NCBI GenBank assembly: GCA_016206685.1 | Contig: JACQRB010000023.1 | Coordinates: 29,287-93,286 of the forward strand | Direction of reading: 5' to 3' | DNA from: Candidatus Omnitrophota bacterium | GTDB taxonomy: Bacteria; Omnitrophota; Gorgyraeia; Aquiviventales; Aquiviventaceae | Length of the DNA: 64,000 nt | In this document: positions 29,160-38,769 of the stretch, in pieces | How the letters are laid out: every line of letters starts with the position of its first letter | Numbering within the stretch: position 1 is the first letter of the stretch | Position numbers and translations under genes: made by a program | Notes under the pieces: model-generated | What the model was told of the DNA's origin: nothing | The model's database searches: none | What the model saw: the letters and a program-made list of their open reading frames with translations, nothing else

Positions 29160-30382
29160 GGTCGCACCTCTGCCGCGCGGGTGAGTTCGGTATACAGGCG
29201 GAGATACTGGCGCCGCCCGCGCTCCAGGGACAGGTGCTCGCGCGCGGCGCGGCGACACCGTGCCACCAGTTCGCGATCGCTCAGGAGGTTCAACAATTCG
29301 CGCGCCCCGTCGTCATACGAGATGGCGCTCAGATCATGCAGGACCACGCCCACGCGATCTCGAACGACCAGCTCCTCCAGATCTCCAACGCCGCGATTGA
29401 CGACCACCGGGATGCCGCTGGCTAAATATTCTCCGATCTTGGTCGGTGAGGAAAATTGTTTGGAGAGGGCCGGCGTGATCAGCGCCAACCCCACGTGCGC
29501 CGAAGCCAGCTGCTCGGGTACCTCTTCCGGCGCAGCCGATACCACGCGGGTCTGCGCCTCAAGTCCCGGAAATTGACGCACCGCCTGCCACGCCTGCGCA
29601 TGGTAGCGGGCGGGCGACACCACCAGAAAACGGCTGTGCGGTTGACGGGCTGCCACCGCCAGGACAAACCGCGCCATCTCCTCGAACAGATACCATGTGC
29701 CAATCGAGCCGACGTACCCCAGCACCAGCGCCCCCGCCATGCCGTCCCTCCGCTGGGCCGCCTGCGCGAACCGCTCCACGTCCACGCAACACGGAATCAC
29801 CGATGGCGAGAGGCGCGGTGGCAGCCGCCACCAGGGATCCTGACGGAGCGTCTCGACTGCCCGCCGGGTCAAGACGACCATCGCATCCGCTTGGTGGATG
29901 AGGAGGCGTTCGACGACCCTGGCCACTCGATGGATCCATGAACCGCGCCGCCACAGGCCGCCGTCCACGTACTCCTGGGACACCAACCCCCGAAGATCCA
30001 GCACCCATCGGCAGCCGGTCAGTCGGGCCACCGGCGCGGCGACCAGGGCGGAGATGGTGCCGCGGGCATGGAGGAGCGTGATGCGGTGGCGCCGGACGAG
30101 CCGTGTCGCCACCACCCATCCCACCACCACGTCATACGCCGTCGAGAGCACGGCCGGCCGTTTATGATACCGCAGCGGATGCCACTGCAAGCCGTCGCGC
30201 GCAAGCTCCGCTCGCTGCCGCCGGCGGTACGTGCGCTCCGTCCGGTGCGGCGTCATCCGGCGCTCATAGGTCATCACATGCACCGCAACACCGTGCCGCG
30301 CCAGATCGCGCAGGTACGCCGCCCCTTGGGTGTGGAACAACGGATCGGTTGTCCCGTTATACGAGATGAAGAGGGTCTGCAT
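29156..30382 (-). CDS. GT4 glycosyltransferase
   Basis: LLHARG, LDLRG, IPCCVD, YVGSIGTWY, SSPTKIGEYLASGIPVV.N.GVGD. Confidence 0.9.
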   Translation of the reverse strand: MQTLFISYNGTTDPLFHTQGAAYLRDLARHGVAVHVMTYERRMTPHRTERTYRRRQRAELARDGLQWHPLRYHKRPAVLSTAYDVVVGWVVATRLVRRHRITLLHARGTISALVAAPVARLTGCRWVLDLRGLVSQEYVDGGLWRRGSWIHRVARVVERLLIHQADAMVVLTRRAVETLRQDPWWRLPPRLSPSVIPCCVDVERFAQAAQRRDGMAGALVLGYVGSIGTWYLFEEMARFVLAVAARQPHSRFLVVSPARYHAQAWQAVRQFPGLEAQTRVVSAAPEEVPEQLASAHVGLALITPALSKQFSSPTKIGEYLASGIPVVVNRGVGDLEELVVRDRVGVVLHDLSAISYDDGARELLNLLSDRELVARCRRAAREHLSLERGRRQYLRLYTELTRAAEVRP

Positions 30383-31754
30383 GCCGAGCGCGCCGTTCCC
30401 ACACTGCCGCCAGGCCGACGGCACTCAACGTCAGATAGAGCGGGATGAACATGCCGCGGTGGCGAAAAGCCACGCCCATGTTGCCGGTGCTCATGGCGAA
30501 CATGGTGGTGAGAACGGCCAGCGGAACCACGAGGACCATGACCGCCCCGCACCGTCGCCACAGTAGATGGACCGTTCCCAGGAGCGCGCATCCGACCAAC
30601 ACGTACCACAGGCACACTTCCGGCATCGCCACGGCCTGCAGCGCGCTGGTGACGCGCCAGGGAACCGGGCTGAAGAGAAAATAGCCCCATCCCATCAGCA
30701 GCGTCCCGACGATCTGCCGCGGGCGAAAGGTGGAGGCGCGGCCCACATCGTTGACCGGATAGACGACGTCATCATAAATCCGATACGCCGACCCGCCGGA
30801 GAGCTGATGCCCCCACTGCCGGCTCACCAGCTCATCCATGACGCGATTCACGACCTTGGGCCAGTACTGAGTCGGCGAGGTGCGGGCGCTGAGCGGGAGC
30901 CCCCCGAGGACCCCCATGACCAGCAGCGCCGCGATGCCGATCATCACCGGGGTGGGACGCGACACGATCAGCGCGATCCCCCACCCGATCGCCAGGGAGG
31001 CCACCACGGGCATCAGCAGCAGCGGCCGGGCCGTCCAGATCAACCCCAGCGCGCCCAGGCCGTGCAGCAGAGAGGACGGCCGCACACCCCGTTGGAGCCC
31101 ACGCACCACGGTCCAGCAGACCCACGCCAGTCCCAGCGCCGTTGGAGTTTCCTTCAGGTTGGTCACGGACCACAACAGCGTTGACGGAAACAACGCGACC
31201 AGCCACGCCGAGATCTTGGCCGACCGCAGACCCCCCAACGCCTTGGCGGTCGCATAGGCCACCAGCGGGAGCAGCGCTCCGAGAAGACCGTTGAAGAGCT
31301 TCACCGCAAATTGGCTGAAGCCGAAGAGATAATGAAACCAGATATACGGGTAGACCCACCAGGTGGTCCGATCTTCGAGCATCCCCTGATCCAGCGCCCC
31401 GCGATCAAAACGCCCCTCCCAGGTCTGGGCGATGATCCAGCCGCGCAGGGACAGATACGCGCTGTCCCCGGAGATATCGAACGACTCCTGGCCGTACATC
31501 AAATAGCCTTTACCCTGATACATCGCCCACAAGTGCAGCGCGGCGCCGATCAGGAAGCGCGCCGCGAGCGCCACCGCGTAGAGCCGGACGATAAACACCC
31601 GATCCGCTTCCGGAGCCCATCGCCGGATCAGCCATCCGACGGCGATCAGCACCATGATCATCGTCGCCAGGCCCGGCGACCACATGACCAGCAGGGCGAG
31701 AGCCGCCCCGCACCCCGCCATCATGAGGCAGGTCATTGAATGAAGACGGTTCAT
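30357..31754 (-). CDS. Multi-TM GT-C/Wzy-like membrane protein (possible polymerase or ArnT-like transferase)
   Basis: Many hydrophobic helices; GDSAY, FPSTLLWSVTNLKE, LFSPVPW, GNMGVAFRHR. Confidence 0.6.
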   Translation of the reverse strand: MNRLHSMTCLMMAGCGAALALLVMWSPGLATMIMVLIAVGWLIRRWAPEADRVFIVRLYAVALAARFLIGAALHLWAMYQGKGYLMYGQESFDISGDSAYLSLRGWIIAQTWEGRFDRGALDQGMLEDRTTWWVYPYIWFHYLFGFSQFAVKLFNGLLGALLPLVAYATAKALGGLRSAKISAWLVALFPSTLLWSVTNLKETPTALGLAWVCWTVVRGLQRGVRPSSLLHGLGALGLIWTARPLLLMPVVASLAIGWGIALIVSRPTPVMIGIAALLVMGVLGGLPLSARTSPTQYWPKVVNRVMDELVSRQWGHQLSGGSAYRIYDDVVYPVNDVGRASTFRPRQIVGTLLMGWGYFLFSPVPWRVTSALQAVAMPEVCLWYVLVGCALLGTVHLLWRRCGAVMVLVVPLAVLTTMFAMSTGNMGVAFRHRGMFIPLYLTLSAVGLAAVWERRARHADPLHLV

Positions 31755-32503
31755 GGTCGTCGCGCGACACAGAACACGGATAATCCGAACGGCACGCTGC
31801 GCACCCACCAGGGCAGCGCCGTCTCGGCTCGAAGCACACCACGCAAGACGGTGTTGAGCCCCATCGGCACCGGAGCGACGTCGGAGACGGCATGCGCCGC
31901 CTCGACGCAGCGCCGTTTCAGCGCGCGCATCAGCGCCAGCAATGGAAACAACAACTGATTCCGGTAGTAACTGGCACGAACCCTTAAGCCAGCCTCTTGT
32001 AAGAGCGCGGTGACCTCCCGGCGTGTGTAGCGCCGCCGGGTCCAGATGGCCGCATCGTGCTCGCTGCGCAGCCATTCGAATGCCGGCACATGGACGACCA
32101 GCAACCCGCCCGGCTTCAGAACACGCGCCATTTCAGCGACCGCCCGCCGATCGTCCACGCGTTGGTGATAGAGGACGTCAATACTGCTCACCACGTCAAA
32201 GGACCGGTCCTGAAACGGCAGCGCGGTGACGGAGCCCTGCAGTAAGTTGGGAAGGCGTCTGGCGCGGGCTAACCGCAGCCCCTCCCACGTGATCTCGACG
32301 CCGACCTGCCACCACGACGCCACCCCCAGGTGCCCCAGCAATCCGCCGGTGCCGCAGCCGGCGTCAAGCCAACGGCTGGCGGACGCCTGCGGGGATTGGG
32401 ACGCGAACCGGTTGACGGCGCGCAGGATCTCGTGGCGCAGCCCGACGTACCACCAGTGTCGGTCCTCCACGGAGAACATCACCTCGTACTCGCGGGGATT
32501 CAT
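31751..32503 (-). CDS. Class I SAM methyltransferase
   Basis: EY..MF.VEDRHWWY.G, LDAGCGTG, DVLYH, LKPGG..VHVPAF.WL.SEHD. Confidence 0.9.
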   Translation of the reverse strand: MNPREYEVMFSVEDRHWWYVGLRHEILRAVNRFASQSPQASASRWLDAGCGTGGLLGHLGVASWWQVGVEITWEGLRLARARRLPNLLQGSVTALPFQDRSFDVVSSIDVLYHQRVDDRRAVAEMARVLKPGGLLVVHVPAFEWLRSEHDAAIWTRRRYTRREVTALLQEAGLRVRASYYRNQLLFPLLALMRALKRRCVEAAHAVSDVAPVPMGLNTVLRGVLRAETALPWWVRSVPFGLSVFCVARRP

Positions 32504-32509
32504 CGCACC

Positions 32510-33607
32510 TCACCGCGAGGACGCGGCCAGCCTGCGGCGGGCGTGCGGCCGGGGACCGGCCGATCCCTCCTCCCCGTTCCAGTAATAGGCGGGCCCGTAG
32601 GCTTCATAATACGCCAGCGTCTTGGTCAGCCCCTGGCGCAGGGACGTCGTGTGCCGCCACGGAAAGTGGGTGCGAAACAGGCGGTCATCGGCGTAATAAT
32701 CGCCGATGTCGATCGCCTTGCGGTCGGGAGGAAATGGGACCACCCGGTAGCTGCCCCTGCCGTAGATGTCCACGAGCAGGCGGGCGAGGTCCTTGAGGCT
32801 CACCGGACTGTCGCCGCCCACATTGAAGATCCGGCCGTTGCACGCCTCGTGGGTCGCCGCGATCAGGCACGCCTCCACGACATCACCGACATAGGCGAAG
32901 TCCCGCCGCTGGGCGCCGTCCCCGTAGACCTGGATCGGCTGGCCCTCGATGAGCTGGCGGATCCACCAGCCCAGGAATGTCTGCCGGGCGTCCCGCACCC
33001 GCATGCGCGGGCCGTACGTATTGGTCAGGCGCAGGGCGCAGGCGCGGATGCCATAGACGTTGTTATAGACGATGTGATACCACTCCCCCGCCGCCTTGTT
33101 GATGCCGTTGACGTCTACGGGGCGCACCAAATGCCGCTCATCCACCGGGAGGTAGTCCGGCACCCCGTAGACCTGGCGCGTGCTGGCATACACGATCTTG
33201 ACGCGGGCATTGTGCTTGCGGCAGGTTTCCAGGATCGACAGCTGCGCCCGGCAATTGATCTCCAGATCCGTGTACGGATCGCTCATTGAATCCAAGTGGC
33301 TGGTCTGCCCCGCGAGGTTGAAGAGGTAATCCTGACCGCGCACCAGGTGGCGGAGGCTGTAGACATCCCGCACGTCGGCGATGTTGACCGTCACGCGCGA
33401 TTCAATGCCGCGGAGGTTAAAGAGGTTGCCCCCGTATTCCGGGATGAGCGAGTCAACGACGAGCACCGTGGCGCCCAAGCCGACGAGCCGGTGCGCCAGC
33501 GTCGAGCCGATGAAGCCCAGCCCGCCGGTGATGATGACCTTGCGCCCGGCAAACGCTGAGTGCAGCGACGGCTCAGCCGCCTGGCGCCGGGGTCGGACGG
33601 CGGTCAT
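32510..33607 (-). CDS. NAD-dependent epimerase/dehydratase
   Basis: ITGGLGFIGS, FNLAGQTSH.DSM, ASTRQVYG, NGINK, LRLTNTYGPRM. Confidence 0.9.
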   Translation of the reverse strand: MTAVRPRRQAAEPSLHSAFAGRKVIITGGLGFIGSTLAHRLVGLGATVLVVDSLIPEYGGNLFNLRGIESRVTVNIADVRDVYSLRHLVRGQDYLFNLAGQTSHLDSMSDPYTDLEINCRAQLSILETCRKHNARVKIVYASTRQVYGVPDYLPVDERHLVRPVDVNGINKAAGEWYHIVYNNVYGIRACALRLTNTYGPRMRVRDARQTFLGWWIRQLIEGQPIQVYGDGAQRRDFAYVGDVVEACLIAATHEACNGRIFNVGGDSPVSLKDLARLLVDIYGRGSYRVVPFPPDRKAIDIGDYYADDRLFRTHFPWRHTTSLRQGLTKTLAYYEAYGPAYYWNGEEGSAGPRPHARRRLAASSR

Positions 33608-34413
33608 GTCGTCTCCTTGGGCGCCGCGCCCGCCGCCGCGTCGGCCAAGGCGGTCTGGCGCCGGTGGCGGGGGGACGATTCACCCTGGTGGGCGATGCCG
33701 ACCGGCGTGCGGCACCGCACGATCAGTTCCCACCACAGCCGCAGGATATTCAAGCCCGTCGCGGCCAGGCGGCGGATGTTGAAGAATTGAGACCGGCCGT
33801 GCTGGCGGTGGTAATGGTGCACCGGGAAATCCGCAAACCGGTAGCCGGCCAGCTCGAGCTTCTTGACCAGCTCCAGGCAGATCATCCCCGAGGTGTGGTG
33901 CAGGTGGATGGTACCGACCGCCCGCCGACGGATCAGGCGGAAGTCGCAATCGACATCGCGCACATGGAAGTTGAAGAGCAGCCGCATGAGCCGCAGGTAC
34001 ACCTTGCCGATGATGATCCGGTGCCAGGGGTCGGAGCGGGCGATCTTGTAGCCGTTGACGACATCGACCCCGTCCTGCATCACCGGTAGCAGCCGGCGCA
34101 GCTCAAACACATCGTACTGCCCGTCGCCATCGGTGTAGAAGACGAGATCCTTGGTGGCGTGCGCGAAACCGGATTGCAGCGCCGCCCCATAGCCGCGGTT
34201 CTTCTCGTGCCGGATGATGCGCAGCCTCGGATATTTCTTCTGCAGCCCCTCCAGTAGTTCCCGGCTGCTGTCGGTGCTGCCATCATCCACCACCAGGATT
34301 TCGTAGTCCGGCGTGTATTCGGCGGCCACAACGTCGGCCTCGGCCACGAGGCTGCCGATCGTGCCGGAATCGTTGAAGCATGGAAAGAAAATCGTCAGGC
34401 TGGGTCGAGGCAT
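33604..34413 (-). CDS. GT2 glycosyltransferase (DPM1-like)
   Basis: FFPCFND, VDDGSTD, NRGYGAAL, YTDGDGQYD, DVDCDFRL. Confidence 0.92.
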   Translation of the reverse strand: MPRPSLTIFFPCFNDSGTIGSLVAEADVVAAEYTPDYEILVVDDGSTDSSRELLEGLQKKYPRLRIIRHEKNRGYGAALQSGFAHATKDLVFYTDGDGQYDVFELRRLLPVMQDGVDVVNGYKIARSDPWHRIIIGKVYLRLMRLLFNFHVRDVDCDFRLIRRRAVGTIHLHHTSGMICLELVKKLELAGYRFADFPVHHYHRQHGRSQFFNIRRLAATGLNILRLWWELIVRCRTPVGIAHQGESSPRHRRQTALADAAAGAAPKETT

Positions 34414-34422
34414 GCGGGAGTC

Positions 34423-35373
34423 CTACGGAGCCAGGGTCCTGGACGAGGTCCACGGCTCCGTGGCCAGGTCATCCAACTGCGTCTGCTCATGATCGATCAC
34501 AAACACGGGACGACCCACTAAATTCTTGTAGGTGCGGGCCAGGTAGAGGCTGATCATGGACACCGACATCAGGATGAAGTAGAACCCCAGCGCCACGATC
34601 AATCCCACCGCCTGCTCCGCCCCCAGGCGGCCTCCCCAGACCGCCGCCGGCGCGGCCACGGCCAGCGCGATCGCCGAGTAGAGCACGAATCGCAGCGGAA
34701 ACGTCGAGCTGGACAGTATGCCGCCGATCGCAAACCGGGTCATGCGCATCAGGTTGTAATGCGACACGCCCCGCAGCCGCTTGCCCCGGCGGTACGGAAT
34801 GCCGATGCGCTTGAAGCCCACGTAGCCGATCTCCGCCCGCAGGAACGGGTACGTCGTCCGCGGCGCCAGGACGGCCTGGCGCACCGGCCGGGTGAACATC
34901 GCGAGCTCCGCCATCCACTCCACCATCTCGGCGTCGGCGATCCGGCGGATGATAGCGTAGAACAGCTTGCGGTAAAACGTGATGAGCGACGGCTCGTCGC
35001 GATTGGACCGGATGCCGTAGGCCACGGCGTACCCTTCCCGGATGGCCTGATAGAAGTCGGCCAGCAGCTCGGGCGGATCCTCGCCGTCCACGTCGATGAT
35101 GGCGTAGAGATCGCTCTCCACCTGTGACAGCCCCGCCACGAGGACCGAATGATAGCCGAAATTCCTGGACAGGGAGATGACCTTCACCCGCTCATCGGAC
35201 GCCCGCAGGTCCATGATCGCCTCCAACGAGCCGTCAGTGCTGCCGTCGTTGACGAAGACCAGGGCCCAGGCGTCCACGCCGGCCATCGCGTCCAGCACCG
35301 GCTTGGCCCGCTCATAGAACAAGGGGATGTTCTCCCGCTCGTTGTAGACCGGAACGATGACCGCCAGCTTCAT
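34423..35373 (-). CDS. GT2 polyprenyl-phosphate glycosyltransferase (GtrB-like)
   Basis: VPVYNE, VNDGSTD, LSRNFGY, IDVDGEDPP, two C-terminal TM segments and GRPVF. Alternative GTG start at 35391. Confidence 0.88.
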   Translation of the reverse strand: MKLAVIVPVYNERENIPLFYERAKPVLDAMAGVDAWALVFVNDGSTDGSLEAIMDLRASDERVKVISLSRNFGYHSVLVAGLSQVESDLYAIIDVDGEDPPELLADFYQAIREGYAVAYGIRSNRDEPSLITFYRKLFYAIIRRIADAEMVEWMAELAMFTRPVRQAVLAPRTTYPFLRAEIGYVGFKRIGIPYRRGKRLRGVSHYNLMRMTRFAIGGILSSSTFPLRFVLYSAIALAVAAPAAVWGGRLGAEQAVGLIVALGFYFILMSVSMISLYLARTYKNLVGRPVFVIDHEQTQLDDLATEPWTSSRTLAP

Positions 35374-35387
35374 CGCGTCGGATCGCC

Positions 35388-36332
35388 TCACCAGATAAAA
35401 CGGTCGCGGTAATATTCCACGATCGCCTTGATTTCGTCATCGAAGCGCCGCGCGTTCTTCCATCCGAGCCGGCGCAGCCGCGTGTCGTCAAGCGAATAGC
35501 GCACGTCTTCCCCCATGCGCACGTAGTTGAATTGCACGTGGAGATTGAGCTTCACGCGCTTGCCGAAATAGCAGCGCAGGACTTTCTCGATGACCTCGCG
35601 GTTGGTGGCTTCGTAGTTCCCTGAGACGTTGTAGACGCGGTTGCGCTGGCCGCGCTCGAGGATGTGAAAGATGGCCGCCGCGGTGTCTTCAGCGTGCAGC
35701 CAATTGCGGACGTACAGCCCTTTGCCGTGCAGCGGAATCTTCTTGCGCAGCGACAGATACTTCACGGCCTTGGGGATGAGCTTCTCCGGATACTGGCCGA
35801 TCCCATAGTTGTTGGTGGGACGGATGATCAGGTAGGGCACATTGTGGGTGCGGTGCCATCCCAGAATCAGCATATCCGCGGAGGCCTTGCTGGCCGAGTA
35901 CGGGTTGCTGGGATGCAGCGGGTGCTCCTCGGTGTGCTTGCCGTCGAGCACGTCGCCGTACACCTCATCGGTGCTGACCTGCACCAGCAGCGGCATCTCG
36001 TAGTTCCGTTTGCCGCGGATCAGCTCCAGCAGGTTTTCCACGCCCATGATGTTCGCCCAGGAAAACCGGCTGCTGTCCACGATGCTGTTGTCCACATGGG
36101 TCTCGGCGGCGAAGTTGAAGACGGCGTCCACGTCGTAGAGGTGGTCCATCGTCACGATGTCGGCCTCGGTGAACTTGAACGACGCGGACTGGCGGAACTC
36201 ATCCAGCAGCTCGGGCCGGGCGGCGTAGGTCATCGTGTCGACGCCCCACACCTGCCATCCGCGCTGCAGGCAGGCCCGCGTGAAATGCGACCCCATGAAC
36301 CCGAGGCACCCGGTGACGCACACGACTCTCAT
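35388..36332 (-). CDS. rmlB: dTDP-glucose 4,6-dehydratase
   Basis: TGCLGFMGS, TYAA, NFAAETHVDNSI, STDEVYGD, PSNPYSASKA, NNYG..QYPEKLIP. Confidence 0.87.
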   Translation of the reverse strand: MRVVCVTGCLGFMGSHFTRACLQRGWQVWGVDTMTYAARPELLDEFRQSASFKFTEADIVTMDHLYDVDAVFNFAAETHVDNSIVDSSRFSWANIMGVENLLELIRGKRNYEMPLLVQVSTDEVYGDVLDGKHTEEHPLHPSNPYSASKASADMLILGWHRTHNVPYLIIRPTNNYGIGQYPEKLIPKAVKYLSLRKKIPLHGKGLYVRNWLHAEDTAAAIFHILERGQRNRVYNVSGNYEATNREVIEKVLRCYFGKRVKLNLHVQFNYVRMGEDVRYSLDDTRLRRLGWKNARRFDDEIKAIVEYYRDRFIW

Positions 36333-38323
36333 GGCCGACTGGCCTTTGTTGAGGGGGTGATGGATGATTCCGGCTCGATCACTTCGACGTGGGGAACCGG
36401 CACGATGAAGCCGTTAGTGTACCGCGCCGCGCGGCACCGCGCCATGATTTCCTGCCGGAAATTCCAGGCCAGCAGGAGCAGGTAGTCGACGCGGGCCTGT
36501 GCGAGGGCGTCGATGCCGGCGATCCGCATACGGGCGCCGGGCGTGTACCAGCCCCACTTCTTGGGATTGTCATCCACCGCCACCGGCACCATCTCGCGCG
36601 ACAGCTCGAAATAATTCATCAGGGTGTTGCCCTTGGCGCTGGCGCCGTAGGCCCAGATGGTTTTGCCCTCCTGGCGCAGGCGGCGCAGGACGCGCGTCAG
36701 GTCCTCCTTGCTCCGGCGCACCCGCTGGGCGAACGCCTCGTAGGGGGCCCGCCGCGTGATGCCGAAGGCCTGCTCGCGGGCCAGGTACTCGCCCACGGAG
36801 GGAGCCACCGGGTAATCCCGGCGGCGCGCCAGGCTCACGCGAATGGTTCCGCCGTGGAGCTGGCCGAAAAAGTCCACGTCAATGGCCTCCATGTCGTGCG
36901 CCTGCGCCAGGCGCTGCAGCGCGTGCACGCTCATGTACGAGAGGTGCTCGTGATAGGCGGTGTCGAACTCATTCTCTTCAATGAAGGGGATCACGTACGG
37001 GCATTCGATCACGCACAGCCCCCGGGGCGCCAGGCAGCGCTCGACCCCGACCAGAAACTCATGCACGTCGTCAACGTGGGCGATGACGTTCGTCGCCGTG
37101 ATGATCTTCGGCGGCGCGAAGCGGCTCATGATGTCTTTGGCCGTCGCCTGCGACCAGTAGGTGCACAGGGTGCGGATGCCGGAGGCGTTGGCTTCCGCGG
37201 CGAGATTCTCGGCCGGATCCACGCCGACGACGTTCATCCCGCGCTCCTGGAACCGCGCCAGCAGGCAGCCGTCATTGCTGGCGATGTCCAGCGCCCAGTC
37301 GCCCCGCGATGCCTGCGTGCGCCGGATGGCGGACTCGGCCAGCTCCGCGCAGTGGGAGCGAAAGGTTGCCGTCGTGGAGCTGACGTAGAGGTAATGGCGG
37401 AACATCAAATCGGGATTGACCACTTTCGTCAATTGCGACAGGCCGCACGTCTCGCACAGCTGAATGGCCAGCTCTTCCCTAAATTCGGGCTGCGGCAGGT
37501 CCTCCTCCCGCAGGTACGAATTGGCCAGCGGCGTGACGCCCAGGTCCAGGTACGTCCACAGCGACGAGGAGCCGCAGATGCGGCAGGCGGTCCTGGACAC
37601 CGACGGCGGCGCGTCGGTCCGCATGACCGTCTGAAGCTTGGTGGTGTCCAGCGAGCTGTCGCCGGGCAGCAGGTACGGCAGCTTGAAGTCCTTTCTGGTG
37701 CACGCCTCGACCGATGGATTCTGCTCGGCCTTGATGATCTCGTAGACCGAACGCTTCTGCTTGGCGCCGACGTTGATGATGCCCCGCAGGGTGGTCTTCA
37801 CCGCCAGGTGATGCACGGCCTTGGCCGCCTCCGCGACCGGAAGGCGCGAGGTGTACTGGTCGGTGCACGCCTTGGCAAACGGGATCGCCGCGTAGAACGA
37901 CGTGCGGATGATCAGCGTGTTGTCATGCTGCTGCGCGGCCATCTCGCCGCCCAGCTTGGATTCGGCGTACCGGTTGATCGGCCAGAGGACCGATTCCTCC
38001 GAATAGTCGCCCCGCTCTCCCGGATAGACGTAATCGGTGGACAGGTAGACCAGCCGCACGTCGTGCCGGAGGCACCACAGCGCCACGTTGGCGGTGCCGA
38101 TGATGTTGGCTTGCAGGTAGTCCGCCGGCGGGGCGTCGTGGTGCGTCTCGGCCGCCGCGTGGATGATGACATCGGGCCGGGCCGCCCCGCAGTACCGCTC
38201 AACGCTCTCATAGCGTGAGACGTCCAACGCGGACTTGGGCGGCGCGTCGATCGAGGGATCCAGCGCCACCAGCGCCTTTGCCAGGTTCCCTTGCCCTCCC
38301 GTCACCAGAATCTTTGGAGCCAT
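36329..38323 (-). CDS. Fusion: RmlD-like 4-ketoreductase + NDP-sugar C-methyltransferase
   Basis: N-half LVTGGQGNL, IHAAA, STDYVY.G, YAESKLGGE; C-half CRICGS..CETCGL zinc site, DIASNDG, FDTAYHEHLSY, HGGTIR, YGASAKGNT, LLLAWNF. Confidence 0.88.
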   Translation of the reverse strand: MAPKILVTGGQGNLAKALVALDPSIDAPPKSALDVSRYESVERYCGAARPDVIIHAAAETHHDAPPADYLQANIIGTANVALWCLRHDVRLVYLSTDYVYPGERGDYSEESVLWPINRYAESKLGGEMAAQQHDNTLIIRTSFYAAIPFAKACTDQYTSRLPVAEAAKAVHHLAVKTTLRGIINVGAKQKRSVYEIIKAEQNPSVEACTRKDFKLPYLLPGDSSLDTTKLQTVMRTDAPPSVSRTACRICGSSSLWTYLDLGVTPLANSYLREEDLPQPEFREELAIQLCETCGLSQLTKVVNPDLMFRHYLYVSSTTATFRSHCAELAESAIRRTQASRGDWALDIASNDGCLLARFQERGMNVVGVDPAENLAAEANASGIRTLCTYWSQATAKDIMSRFAPPKIITATNVIAHVDDVHEFLVGVERCLAPRGLCVIECPYVIPFIEENEFDTAYHEHLSYMSVHALQRLAQAHDMEAIDVDFFGQLHGGTIRVSLARRRDYPVAPSVGEYLAREQAFGITRRAPYEAFAQRVRRSKEDLTRVLRRLRQEGKTIWAYGASAKGNTLMNYFELSREMVPVAVDDNPKKWGWYTPGARMRIAGIDALAQARVDYLLLLAWNFRQEIMARCRAARYTNGFIVPVPHVEVIEPESSITPSTKASRP

Positions 38324-38328
38324 GATCG

Positions 38329-38751
38329 CTATTTCGCCGGCCGCATCCAATCGAAGCCCATCGCCTCGATTGACATGCGTTCCTCGTCCTTCGGGTTGTA
38401 CTTGTTCGTAATCCAGTACAGGACGATCGCCGGCTTATCGGTGAAGTTGTAATGGCCGTGCCACATTCCCCGCGGAACGAACAGCGCTCCGTCCTTGGCG
38501 CTGCGCTCGGACGAATAGACCCATTCCACCGTGCCGCCCTGCGAGGCCGGCTTGTCGCACAGCCCGAATTTCAGCGCCCCCTTGATGCAGAGCTGGTAGT
38601 CGTCCTGCTGCTGATGGCGGTGCCAGGCCGACATGGCGCCCGGATAAATGACGACCACGTTGATGTCCCCCTGCGGAATTGGAAAGACGTCGCAATACCG
38701 CACCCCGCGGTCGTCTTCATGGAATCGAAGCGGATGTCGCCGAATCTGCAT
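38329..38751 (-). CDS. RmlC-like cupin (dTDP-4-dehydrorhamnose 3,5-epimerase family)
   Basis: HEDDRG, AWHRH..QDD, LFVPRGMWHG; GAGGAGG RBS upstream. Confidence 0.8.
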   Translation of the reverse strand: MQIRRHPLRFHEDDRGVRYCDVFPIPQGDINVVVIYPGAMSAWHRHQQQDDYQLCIKGALKFGLCDKPASQGGTVEWVYSSERSAKDGALFVPRGMWHGHYNFTDKPAIVLYWITNKYNPKDEERMSIEAMGFDWMRPAK

Positions 38752-38769
38752 GGCCTCCTCGCTGTCTGC

